Under the pieces are notes generated by a model, which saw nothing but the letters and a program-made list of their open reading frames with translations, searched no databases and had not been told where the DNA came from. Positions 28,542 through 42,100 of a stretch of DNA of 64,000 bases are shown here, one piece after another. The stretch comes from a virus (lineage: Duplodnaviria; Caudoviricetes): IMG/VR virus record IMGVR_UViG_3300044723_005784, positions 1-64,000 of that record, one strand, 5' to 3'. Both the position numbers and the translations under genes were made by a program. The number at the start of each line of letters is the position of its first letter. Within the stretch, counting starts at the first letter, position 1.

Positions 28542-28570
28542 ATTATACTGTCTATAAATACAAATAGCAA
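28542..28570 (-). promoter_or_regulatory. Sigma70-type promoter for the gp55 operon
   Basis: TTGCTA(28570-28565)-17 nt-TATAAT(28547-28542). Confidence 0.65.
28553..28560 (+). promoter_or_regulatory. T4-type late promoter TATAAATA for the baseplate operon
   Basis: Exact consensus 27 nt upstream of the ATG at 28588. Confidence 0.8.
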
Positions 28571-28587
28571 ATTATAAAAGGTATATA

Positions 28588-29442
28588 ATGGCAAATTTAT
28601 TTGATAATTTAGGTAGCAAGATATTTAGTAGATCAACAAGAATTGTTGATGAAGGGCTAAATCGTGCTATTCCTGGTGATAATTTTATTGCAAAAAGTGC
28701 CAGGTCCATTATAGGAAGTCAAGCGGAGAGGTTACTTTCCAATGCGTTAAACCCAGGTGGTGCTAGTTCCAGGGGCAACACACAAGCAAACGTAAGTTTT
28801 AATGCTGAAAATGACATACGTGCAAGACTTGCACTAAGTCCACAGAGTGGGCCATTATTTTATAAAGATGGCAGTAATCAACTTATGGCACCACTTGGAC
28901 AAACAGATGGTGTGGTTTGGCCATATACACCAAATATAAACGTTAGTTACAGTGCAAGTTATGCCGGACAGAACCCTAGTCACACAAACTATACACAACA
29001 GAGCTATGGAATGAGCTCAGTTGATCAAATTAGTGTTGTAGGTCAATTTACAGCAAATAACCAAGACGAAGCCAGATACTTGCTGGCTACACTCTGGTTC
29101 TTAAAGAGTGCAACCAAAAGTTTTTACGGCGCCGACCAAAACAGAGGCACGCCGCCGCCGGTGCTAAGATTTAGTGCGCATGGGGTCCACATGTTTAAGA
29201 GCGTGCCAGTTGTAATTACAAACACAGTACAGGATTTTGAAAGCAACGTTGACTACATCGATACACCACTGCAACCAGGCAGCGGATCAATTGGTAATAT
29301 GACACGAGTGCCTACACTTATAACAATTAACGTTACACTACAGCCGGTTGTTAGTCGCAGTGCGCAACAACGATTTAGTTTGGAAAACTATGCCAAAGGT
29401 AGATTGGTTGGTGGTAGCAGAGGACTAGGAGGTACTCCATAA
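28588..29442 (+). CDS. Baseplate tail-tube initiator/cap protein (gp48/gp54-like)
   Basis: WPYTPNI, GTPPPVLRFSAHG and VPVVITN tube-fold motifs; precedes the gp53-like gene. Confidence 0.7.
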   Translation: MANLFDNLGSKIFSRSTRIVDEGLNRAIPGDNFIAKSARSIIGSQAERLLSNALNPGGASSRGNTQANVSFNAENDIRARLALSPQSGPLFYKDGSNQLMAPLGQTDGVVWPYTPNINVSYSASYAGQNPSHTNYTQQSYGMSSVDQISVVGQFTANNQDEARYLLATLWFLKSATKSFYGADQNRGTPPPVLRFSAHGVHMFKSVPVVITNTVQDFESNVDYIDTPLQPGSGSIGNMTRVPTLITINVTLQPVVSRSAQQRFSLENYAKGRLVGGSRGLGGTP

Positions 29443-29747
29443 TGGCAACGGTTGAATACGAGCAAGATAGTCCTTATGCAAACACAGAAATGCACGGCAA
29501 CTATTTGGATGTCATGACTTTTAGGCCTATCCCAAAATTAGACGATGATGTAATTTTTACTATTACTCAAACATATAAAAATCGGCCAGACTTACTTGCT
29601 GCTGACCTGTACAATAACTCCAATCTCTGGTGGGTATTTCAGATACGTAATCCTAATACTCTACTAGATCCAATATATGATTTTGAAGTTGGACTTAAAA
29701 TTTATATTCCAAAGCAAGAGACACTAGAAAAAGCACTGGGGATTTAA
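29442..29747 (+). CDS. gp53: Baseplate wedge protein (gp53-like, LysM-type)
   Basis: RPDLLAADLYNNSNLWWVF...N...IYIP motif. Confidence 0.85.
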   Translation: MATVEYEQDSPYANTEMHGNYLDVMTFRPIPKLDDDVIFTITQTYKNRPDLLAADLYNNSNLWWVFQIRNPNTLLDPIYDFEVGLKIYIPKQETLEKALGI

Positions 29748-29748
29748 T

Positions 29749-32601
<2,853 letters not shown>

Positions 32602-32611
32602 GGAGTAATCA

Positions 32612-35125
32612 ATGCCAACTAATACAAGAGGTGGCGCTAAAGGCGGTGACCAGGACTTTAAAACACAAGATGTCCGGGGCGTACGGGAAGACAAAGGTGT
32701 TGTTATTGGTGTTGTTAAAGTAAACAGCCACCCCACTCGTTCTGGCACAATGATGGTTTTTGTGCCTACCTTTAGTGATCAAGCAAGAGAAGAAGATAAA
32801 ACTCAATGGCGTAGTGTAAAGTACGCCACGCCTTTTTATAGTCGCACTTCACAAACCAATTCCAATGGTAAAACAATCGACGCTACTGGTGACACCGTAG
32901 AAGCAGTTAAAAACACAAGTGGGTTTGTATTTCCAGCACCAGATGTTGGAAGTAGAGTACTGTGTGTTTTTCCAGAAGGCAGAAATGCTGATGGTTATTA
33001 TTTTGCTTGTGCGCCTGATGTCTATATGATACAAAGCCTACCTGAAAGTAGCGCAAGTAAGAACTTTACAAAAAATCCTAATTTAGTTAGACACGACAAG
33101 GCACCAACGCTGGAGTTTAACGATACTGATAATGATGTTGGTAAGATTACTAACTTTTTAACACCCAAACGTGCGCTTGATACCCATACTGCTGGCTTCC
33201 TAAAAGCTCAGGGACTGGACCAGGACGAAATACGTGGACTTACCAGTAGTAGTTACACCAGAGAAACTCCTAGTGAAGTTATAGGTATCAGTACAAAAGG
33301 CCGTAGGTTACTGCCAGGCGGACAAAAAATTGAATCCAAACCTAGTATTAATAAAGCATTAAATGAAGGAGGCACACTATCAGAGATAGATGCAAAGGGC
33401 GTAGAAGCAAGACATGCTCGTGCCAAAGGTCACGCTCTTGTAATGGACGACGGAGATATAGAAGGCAACAATTCTCTTATGCGTTTCCGTACAGCCGCCG
33501 GCCACCAAATACTGTTACATGATACTGAAGATTTAATCTACATTGCTAATAGTAAAGGTACCAGCTGGATACAAATTGACGGACAGGGCCAGCTGGACAT
33601 TTACAGTCAGACTAATATAAATTTACGAAGTAGAAATATTAACATGCATGCAGACCAAAATATTAAAATGCATGCAGGCCAAACTGTACAGATAGTAGCA
33701 GGTGCTAACCTACACCTGGAAGGCACTAGTATGGCAAACCTATACAGTGACAAGGGAGCCACATTTATTCATGGCGGTTCTGCCGTTCATGTAAAAAGTG
33801 GCGGTGGTGTAAACATACAAGCAAGCAGCGGTATGAATCTAAAAGCAGGAGCCACTATTGCTATACAAGGCAGTTGTGTTGCGCTACAAAGTTCGGCTGC
33901 TGGTGCTGGAAAGCAAAAAAAAGCAGTACAATTGACCCTAGAAGATACTACGCCTGACACCAAAGGATTTTATAATAGTGGCAAAGAATTGCCAACCACT
34001 GTAGACAGAGTTCCTACTCATGAGCCTTATAAAAGCCATAACGTAGCAACGCCTCCATCTGTTTACGAGGCTGCTAATATTGACGATATAAAAAGCGGTG
34101 CAGATCTAACACCAGCTATACCAAAAGGCAAAGAGAAATTAGGCAAGACTGGTATAGAGCGAGCACTGGCCAATACAAACGACAAACTAATTCCAGCACT
34201 TAGTATAGTTCAACAAAATGCGGCTGGAATAGCAATGGGAAATCTTAACAGCAAAGTAACACGTAACCTGGCAGCAGGAGTAACCAATTTAGCTGGAAGC
34301 GGTGGGATGTCTAATTTTGTAAACAGTGTAACAGGCGCAGTTGGCAAATTTGGGGCAACTGTTGAAAATTTACAAAAAAATGGATTTGTTCGTCCTGAAG
34401 CACTATTTAACGGTCAATTGACAGATAGTAAGTTGTGGACTGGCAAAGATGGTATCAGTAGTGTAAGTAATTTTTTAAGCAATGATTTTACTCAAGAAAA
34501 TATGTTTTATGCTGATACATTTAACAGTATGCAGGATGCATACAACAGCGGTGCTATTGACGAGTTTGACGATGAAGACACAATCGCAGGTATGACACTG
34601 GTAACATATGCCAGCGGCGATGCTGGCATTGCAGCAGATTATAGACAAGGAAACTATATTGATCCTAGGCCGCTAGCAGGTACTACTATAGTGCCGGATA
34701 ATAATGATATGACTAGCTATTACGACGACTATTTTCACACTGGTGTTGCAGCAAGTAAACAAAGCAGTACTGAAGATGGTCTGGGTTACAGTTCAGGCTG
34801 GTATGAAAATATTAGTGGAGACGATAGTGCTACAGGTGCAAGAACAGTAGTAACACGTGACCCAGGGAAAAATGAAACTACTACAAAAGTTACAACTAGC
34901 GGAGGCACTACAACTCAGACAATAAAAACTGTATCTGGTGGCGGATCAATTACTCGAACGGCCGATGCCGCAAGTAGAGCTAGAGACGAAGCACAGTTAG
35001 CGTCTGAAAGAATAGCAGACGAAAACAGAAGAAAACAAATTGCTAGAATAAAAGCAGAGACTGGGTTAAGTGGATCCGCCCTATTAAAAGAAGTACGACG
35101 CAGAGAAAATAATGGCACATTATAA
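32612..35125 (+). CDS. gp5: Baseplate spike / puncturing protein (gp5/VgrG-like)
   Basis: OB-fold PDVGSRVLCVF, GHALVMDD, RTAAGHQILLHD, beta-helix repeats and PTHEPY. Confidence 0.75.
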   Translation: MPTNTRGGAKGGDQDFKTQDVRGVREDKGVVIGVVKVNSHPTRSGTMMVFVPTFSDQAREEDKTQWRSVKYATPFYSRTSQTNSNGKTIDATGDTVEAVKNTSGFVFPAPDVGSRVLCVFPEGRNADGYYFACAPDVYMIQSLPESSASKNFTKNPNLVRHDKAPTLEFNDTDNDVGKITNFLTPKRALDTHTAGFLKAQGLDQDEIRGLTSSSYTRETPSEVIGISTKGRRLLPGGQKIESKPSINKALNEGGTLSEIDAKGVEARHARAKGHALVMDDGDIEGNNSLMRFRTAAGHQILLHDTEDLIYIANSKGTSWIQIDGQGQLDIYSQTNINLRSRNINMHADQNIKMHAGQTVQIVAGANLHLEGTSMANLYSDKGATFIHGGSAVHVKSGGGVNIQASSGMNLKAGATIAIQGSCVALQSSAAGAGKQKKAVQLTLEDTTPDTKGFYNSGKELPTTVDRVPTHEPYKSHNVATPPSVYEAANIDDIKSGADLTPAIPKGKEKLGKTGIERALANTNDKLIPALSIVQQNAAGIAMGNLNSKVTRNLAAGVTNLAGSGGMSNFVNSVTGAVGKFGATVENLQKNGFVRPEALFNGQLTDSKLWTGKDGISSVSNFLSNDFTQENMFYADTFNSMQDAYNSGAIDEFDDEDTIAGMTLVTYASGDAGIAADYRQGNYIDPRPLAGTTIVPDNNDMTSYYDDYFHTGVAASKQSSTEDGLGYSSGWYENISGDDSATGARTVVTRDPGKNETTTKVTTSGGTTTQTIKTVSGGGSITRTADAASRARDEAQLASERIADENRRKQIARIKAETGLSGSALLKEVRRRENNGTL

Positions 35126-35154
35126 GATATGGGTATGTAACGGGTAAATACGGT

Positions 35155-35550
35155 ATGGCATTATACAAAGGATATAGTACACTAAACAGTGAGTTTACTG
35201 GCAGTAAACTTGAAGATATAGAGTTGATTAAACGTGACTTGCTGAATAATTTTGGCATTCGGCGCGGTGAAAAACTAATGAATGCAAACTTTGGTACTAG
35301 TATTCAAGATATTATTATGGATCCACTAACAGAAGACACTAAAAATTTAATATTAGACGAAATTCAACAAGTAATCGACTACGATCCCAGGGTAGAACTA
35401 CAGGAACTTATTGTGGACGAGTTACCACAAGGAAATGGTATCGGTGCCCAAGTAAGTTTATTATATGTTCAACAAAATCAAACAGAAACTATGCTTGTTA
35501 AGTTTTTGAATGTAGACGGAGTAATGAATACTTCCAGTGAGATTTTATAA
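35155..35550 (+). CDS. gp25: Baseplate wedge protein gp25
   Basis: LIKRDLLNNF...RGEKLMNANFG...YDPRV; GGTAAATA at 35143-35150. Confidence 0.9.
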   Translation: MALYKGYSTLNSEFTGSKLEDIELIKRDLLNNFGIRRGEKLMNANFGTSIQDIIMDPLTEDTKNLILDEIQQVIDYDPRVELQELIVDELPQGNGIGAQVSLLYVQQNQTETMLVKFLNVDGVMNTSSEIL

Positions 35551-35570
35551 TATTAGTAGATAATTAATGC

Positions 35571-35578
35571 CATAAATA
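35571..35578 (+). promoter_or_regulatory. Late promoter variant CATAAATA
   Basis: Lies 20 nt upstream of the gp6 ATG at 35599. Confidence 0.6.
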
Positions 35579-35598
35579 CTTAAAATGGATTGTTAAAC

Positions 35599-38500
35599 AT
35601 GGCATCAACTGCACGACAGAGTAACTTATTTGCTAGCGAAGACTGGACTAAAGTCTATGAAACCTTTAGGGAAATAGACTTCCAGGCCTACGACTTTCAA
35701 ACTATAAGAAAAACAATGATAGACTATCTCAGGACATACTATCCTGAGGATTTCAATGACTACATTGAGAGCAGTGAATATATTGCACTTATTGATCTTA
35801 TTGCATATATTGCACAAAGCCTGAGTTTTCGTGCAGACTTAAATGCTAGAGAAAATTTCCTAGAAACAGCAGAACGCAGAGATAGTATTCTTCGAATTGC
35901 GAAAATGCTTAACTATCAGCCTAAACGTGCACAAGTCGCACGTGGTTTACTTAAATTTCAGGCAGTACAAACCACAGAAAATGTTATTGATAGCAACGGC
36001 AATAATTTGCAAAACACACAGATTTTTTGGGGCGATAATACAAACCCTGACTTCTTGGAACAGTTTACAACGATCCTCAATGCTAGTTTTAATAAAACTC
36101 AGAGATTTGGCAATCCTTCCCTTAGTACCACTATAGTAGGTATCCCCACGGATGAATATCAGATTAGTACTGTGCCTAATACTGTTAGTGTTTACCCTTT
36201 TGAAACAGACCTCGGCGGCAATACATTTGGGTTTGAGATCGTTAACGGAACTCATGCAAATACAAACTTTTTATATGAGGTAAGCCCAAAGCCTGGGAAT
36301 ACACTAAATTGTATCTACAAAAACGACAGTCAAGGGTTTGCCAGTCAAAACAATGGCTTCTTCTTTTATTTTAAACAAGGCCAACTGCAAACTGTAGACT
36401 TCAACATAAATGAAAGTTTACCCAACCGAATTGTTGAATTGGATACTAATAGTATTGATAATAATGATGTTTGGTTATACCAACTTGATGAGAATGGTTT
36501 AGAAGGCAAACAATGGATTAAGGTCCCTGCTATTAATGGAACTAATGTAATCTATAACAGCCTTGCCAAAGACAGTAATACACAATTTGCAGTAAACAGC
36601 AGATCAGCAGACCAAATTAGCCTCTCGTTTGGGGATGGGGTGTTCAGTGATATTCCGGTTGGAAATTTTCGTGCGTATTTTAGAACTGGCAACGGTTTAA
36701 CTTATAAAATTACTCCCCAAGATGCACCAGACATAAGTTTGGATATTCCGTATATAAGTCATAGCGGACAAATTGAAACGCTTACTGTGGGTCTTAGTTT
36801 AGAGTATACTGTAGCTAATGCAAGCTCAAGAGAAAATTTAAATGATGTAAAACAAAAGGCACAGCAACAATATTATACACAACAGCGTATGATTACAGGT
36901 GAAGATTATCAAATTTTCCCCTTTACTAGCTTTAATAATGTTATTAAAACAAAAGCAATTAATAGAACTGCGAGTGGAGTCAGTAGATACCTAGATGTTA
37001 GAGATACTACTGGAAAATATTCTAGTACTAATATTGTTGCAGAAGACGGAATTTTCTATAACGAAAATGTACTTAAAAACTTTGCTTTTACTTTTACAAC
37101 AGCCAGCGATGTCAGTAACATTATTAGTAAAAATTTAGAACCAGTTATTCAAAACAAAGAAACATTGCATTATTACTACGATAATTATCCTTTTGTTGGT
37201 GTTACTAATTTGGGTGTAGATTGGAATCGCAGTACGCAAGGCAGTGGCGCTTGTACTGGGTACTTTAAAAATGCAGTCAGTGATGGTCCATTGTCCATTG
37301 GTGGGTTTACTAGTAGTAACCTAAAACATGTTAAACAAGGCAGCCTTGTTAAATTTACAGCACCAGCTGGTAAAGTGTTTGATCTTAGTAACGCACTTAT
37401 TACAGGCACAAGTGGCACAGCAAATACTAAAGATTATATTTGGAGCGGAATTACAACGGTGGTTGACGATGGTATTAACCAAGGTGCAGGTAATCTAGCA
37501 ACTGGGCAAGGACCAATTTCACTTAGTGAAAATATTCCAAGTGATGCAGTACTCGACAGTGTAATTGCTCCCTGGAATACTGTGCTACCAAGTGCTATTA
37601 GACAGACAATTGTAGATAACGTAATAACATTTAAAACATTTGGATTACGATATGATTATGATACAAACGCATGGGTAATTATTACAGGCGCTAATTTAGA
37701 TCAAACTAATACATTTAGTCTAGACTATGCTGGTAATACCCAAAATCTCAACAGAGATGCTAGTTGGTTATTTAAGTTTACCAATGACGGCAGTACATAT
37801 ACTGTAAATTACAGAAGTCTGTCATATATATTTGAGAGTTTTCTGGAAACACGATTTTACTTCGACAAGGACCTAAAAATATTTGATCCTAGAACTAGCA
37901 AAACTATCAGAGACAAAGTAAACATACTTAAAGTTAACAGCCAACCTGACAGTAGCAATGCACTTAATAACAACTATATTATGAATGTAGACGATCAGAT
38001 TATAGAAACAGACGGTTACGTTCTTAGTGAAAAAATTAAAGTAACTTTTCCTGACCAGGACGATGACGGTGTAGTTGATGACCCGGAAGTTTTTGATAAA
38101 GTTGTTGCTCCAGATGTAAATTCTAGTAGCAAGATTGTATTCTATAAAACATACCTAGACACAGATGGCTTTGAACGACTTGAAAATATACCAAGCACAA
38201 GTATTGACGTATCCTATACCAGTCTAGCAGATATTGAAGCCGCTAAAAACAGTTTTAATAGTGGGCAATTATTTTATATTACAAGTACTGCCAAGTTTTA
38301 CATACTGAGTATTGATGCAACTAATGCAAAAATTATTACAGAAAGTACTGACTATATCACTAAAACTGGACGTAGTAACTTGTTATTCCAGTATACGCAC
38401 AACTCTCCAAACAACAGGCGTATTGATCCAAGTCCTACAAATATCATAGACATGTTTATGCTAACAACAGTTTATGACAATGACTATAGGAACTTTATAC

Positions 38501-39135
38501 AAGATATAACAGGCAGTACGCAAAAGCCAACCAAGCCAACAACTACAGAACTTAGAGACGCATTTGGATCCCTGGATCAATATAAAAGTATTAGTGATAC
38601 TATTGTGTTCAATAGTGTAACATACAGACCATTATTTGGCACAAAGGCAGATGAAGAATTGCAAGCAAGTTTTAAAGTTGTAAAAAATAAAAGCACACTA
38701 ATAAGTGATAACGAAATTAAAGCCAAGACAATTGGTGCTATAAACCGATATTTTGCAATAGAAAACTGGGACTTTGGCGACACATTTTACTTTAGTGAAC
38801 TGAGTGCATACTTACATAATGTGCTAGCACCAGATGTGCTTAGTATTATTATTGTTCCCCGTGCTAGTACTGCAAGTTTTGGTAGTTTATACCAAATACA
38901 AAGTCAGAGCGATGAAATCTTTATTAGTGCTGCTCAAGTAAGTGACGTTGATATAATTGATGTTATAACAGCATCACAACTACGTGCATCTGGCACAGTT
39001 GTAAATGAGACTGCTAGCAACGTTATAACAGAAAGCGCAAGTGGCACAGGTACTAGTACACTTGCAACCACTACAAATACACTCACCGTAAATAACAATG
39101 TTGGCATTACCAATAGCGGAGGGTATAGTTATTAA
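35599..39135 (+). CDS. gp6: Baseplate wedge protein (gp6-like, extended)
   Basis: DFQTIRKTMIDYL, ENFLETAERRDSILRIAKMLNYQP, FGDGVF and QQRMITGEDY motifs. Confidence 0.9.
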   Translation: MASTARQSNLFASEDWTKVYETFREIDFQAYDFQTIRKTMIDYLRTYYPEDFNDYIESSEYIALIDLIAYIAQSLSFRADLNARENFLETAERRDSILRIAKMLNYQPKRAQVARGLLKFQAVQTTENVIDSNGNNLQNTQIFWGDNTNPDFLEQFTTILNASFNKTQRFGNPSLSTTIVGIPTDEYQISTVPNTVSVYPFETDLGGNTFGFEIVNGTHANTNFLYEVSPKPGNTLNCIYKNDSQGFASQNNGFFFYFKQGQLQTVDFNINESLPNRIVELDTNSIDNNDVWLYQLDENGLEGKQWIKVPAINGTNVIYNSLAKDSNTQFAVNSRSADQISLSFGDGVFSDIPVGNFRAYFRTGNGLTYKITPQDAPDISLDIPYISHSGQIETLTVGLSLEYTVANASSRENLNDVKQKAQQQYYTQQRMITGEDYQIFPFTSFNNVIKTKAINRTASGVSRYLDVRDTTGKYSSTNIVAEDGIFYNENVLKNFAFTFTTASDVSNIISKNLEPVIQNKETLHYYYDNYPFVGVTNLGVDWNRSTQGSGACTGYFKNAVSDGPLSIGGFTSSNLKHVKQGSLVKFTAPAGKVFDLSNALITGTSGTANTKDYIWSGITTVVDDGINQGAGNLATGQGPISLSENIPSDAVLDSVIAPWNTVLPSAIRQTIVDNVITFKTFGLRYDYDTNAWVIITGANLDQTNTFSLDYAGNTQNLNRDASWLFKFTNDGSTYTVNYRSLSYIFESFLETRFYFDKDLKIFDPRTSKTIRDKVNILKVNSQPDSSNALNNNYIMNVDDQIIETDGYVLSEKIKVTFPDQDDDGVVDDPEVFDKVVAPDVNSSSKIVFYKTYLDTDGFERLENIPSTSIDVSYTSLADIEAAKNSFNSGQLFYITSTAKFYILSIDATNAKIITESTDYITKTGRSNLLFQYTHNSPNNRRIDPSPTNIIDMFMLTTVYDNDYRNFIQDITGSTQKPTKPTTTELRDAFGSLDQYKSISDTIVFNSVTYRPLFGTKADEELQASFKVVKNKSTLISDNEIKAKTIGAINRYFAIENWDFGDTFYFSELSAYLHNVLAPDVLSIIIVPRASTASFGSLYQIQSQSDEIFISAAQVSDVDIIDVITASQLRASGTVVNETASNVITESASGTGTSTLATTTNTLTVNNNVGITNSGGYSY

Positions 39136-42100
39136 TGGCTACTAGAAAAAGTTCTACACTACTGCCTGAAATTTTCAGGAGTAGTAAGAATAAAAAATTC
39201 CTTAACGCTACGCTTGACCAGCTAATAAGCGAACCAGCGCCTGTAAAGATCAATAGCTATATAGGTAGGAAAAATTCTGCTGGGTATGTGGTTGGTGATG
39301 GTTATCTTCAAGAGACCACTGTTGAACGACAAAATTTTCAGTTAGAGCCAGCAGTAATTTATAAAGATAGTAATAAAAAGATCGATTCAGTACACATGTA
39401 CACAGATATGCTGAATGCAGTAAATTACTACAATGGGAATAGTACAAAAACTACAGACTTATTTGCTCAAGACTATTACAACTGGAGCGGCTTTGTTGAT
39501 TACGACAAGTTAGTTAACTATGGTGAATATTTTTGGCTACCAGAGGGACCAGATAGTGTACAAGTTTTCAGTAGTGCGGTTGACACACAGGATAGTTTTA
39601 AAGTACTCAGGGAAAGTGTAAATTACGAACGCTATCCGTTTGATAGCACCAACTTTGATGCACAGCCGTTTGATGGGGTTACCACAGACATAGCGGTAGG
39701 CGAACCATTCTATAGGTTTGATGATGTAACAAGCAATCCTAATCCGACGCTTTATCTAGCACGTGGAGGCGAATATACATTTGAGGTTGAACAGGAAGGT
39801 GTACCATTTTGGATCCAAACTGAGCGTGGGCTTAGTGGAGAAAGTACTACACAAGGAAACGTAAGCACCAGAGAAGTAGCAGGTGTTACAAATAATGGTG
39901 CAGAAGTTGGAACAATTACTTGGCGAGTACCAACTATTGATAGTCAAAATAGTCTTGTAGAAATGGTACAGCAACACACAGTTGACTTTGCAACACATCA
40001 CACATACAAAGAATTACAAAACCGAGTACTCAGTGACTTTTTTGCAGAGCATCAGACTGGTATCGACGGCGTCACACAAATTGATGGTAAAACAATTATT
40101 TTTGCTACCACCAATCCAGATGCTGACGAATGGGAACAAGGCAGCTTGTATGACAGCTATGGTTATGATAGCAACACAGATCCAGTAACACTCGCCCCGG
40201 GATCGTTTGATACAACAACAACACTTACATTTGACGAACGATATGGTGTCTTTCGTGTAAACATCGTTAATATTAGCGGGACAGACACAATCCAACTTAC
40301 TAGACTTGCGGATATTGATAGACTTAAAAAAGTAGGCGTTAAAAGTGGCGTTAACTATGGTAATAGAGAGTTTGAACGTACAGCAGAAGGCTTCTTACAA
40401 CTTATTCCACCTATCACTGCTATACAGGACACACTATTCTACCAAGATGGTGTAGATGCTAACCGCTTTGGTAAGATTGTTTTAGTAGATCCTGGCAATA
40501 ATGCAAAAATTAACGTAGTAGACGATATACTAGGCCAACCCAGTTATGCTAGTCCCAATGGCGTGAACTTTATTAATGGGCTCAAAGTTGAGTTTAATAG
40601 TGATGTTATTCCAAGCACATATGCTGGAGAATGGTATGTAGAGGGAGTAGGCACAGAAATTCAACTAGTTAACGTTGATAGCCTAAAAACACCTGAGCCG
40701 TATTCAGAAACCCTTGTTAACGGATACGACAGTGATCTGTTCGATAACGGAGGACTAGAGCAAACCAAAGATGCCCCAATTTTACAAGATTATATATTAA
40801 TTAACAGAGCTAGCTCTGACTTAAATGCTTGGAGCAGATACAACCGTTGGTTCCACCGCAGAGTTATTGAAGCAACCGCGACATTAAATGGATTCAATCC
40901 AACAATTGAAGAAACTGCCAGAGCAAAACGGCCAATTATTGAATTTGATGCAGGACTCCAATTATTTAACTATGGTACAAATGGTAAACGTTATGTTGAT
41001 GTGATTGATGTTACGCAAACGGATGCACTTAGTAACGTAAACGGTGCTGTTGGATACTTTAGTGAGCAATTCAATCTTACTCCTGGTGTTACCGTTGTGT
41101 TTACGCAAGACTTAGACACTAGACAAAATGTCTATCAGGTTAAAAAAGTAGACGAGGATAACGACAGTACTACTAGTAAAATTATTGTACTAGAACGCAT
41201 TGATACAATTGAGCCTGGAGACGTACTAGTTAGTAACTTTGGTGCGGGTGTACAAGGCAAAGCATACCACTTTAAAGATACAACTTCGGGTTGGGTTTCA
41301 GCACAACAAAAAACTAAAATTAATCAGGAGCCGTTGTTTGATATATTTGACGCTACACACACTAGTTTCAGTGATGGTACCAGATATCCAAGTAGTACAT
41401 TTGTCGGCAATAAGTTGTTGAGTTACAAACGAGCTACAACTGGCAGTGCAGACACCAAGTTAGGATTTGCGTTAACATATAAAAACTTTGATTCCATTGG
41501 AGACATTGTCTTTGAAAACAACTATATTAAAGACACATTCCAGTATACTAAATCTGACACTGGTGCTACAAATTTAATTGTTAAAAGTGGACACGTACAC
41601 AAATTTAAAAAACAATCTGACGGTACTACCAAACGTACCTTAGAAAATGGTTGGCGTAAGGTTATGCGCCCAAGTGAACAATGGCAAATTGTCCAGTATG
41701 ACGTCGACACAGAATTTTATAGTTTTGAAATAGGCAGTGCCAAGACTGAAATGTCCGGGTTCAGCACACTCAAAGTTTATTTAAATAATTTGTTTGTCGA
41801 TCCTAGCAAATATACAGAAGTAACTATTAATGACAAATATTTTGTAACATTTACTGATGCACTGAACAAAGGTGATGTTGTTACGATCAAAGTTATTAGT
41901 TCTACAGTTAATTCATTGGGCTATTACGCAGTGCCACTTAACTTGGAAAACAATGCTAATAACGAAGATTTTACCGAGATTACTGTAGGCCAAGCACGTA
42001 ACCATTTAACAGAATTAGCAACAAATATTCCAACACTGGTTGGCAACAGCCTGGGATCAAATAATATTCGTGATATTGACTATAAGAAATATCCTGGCAA

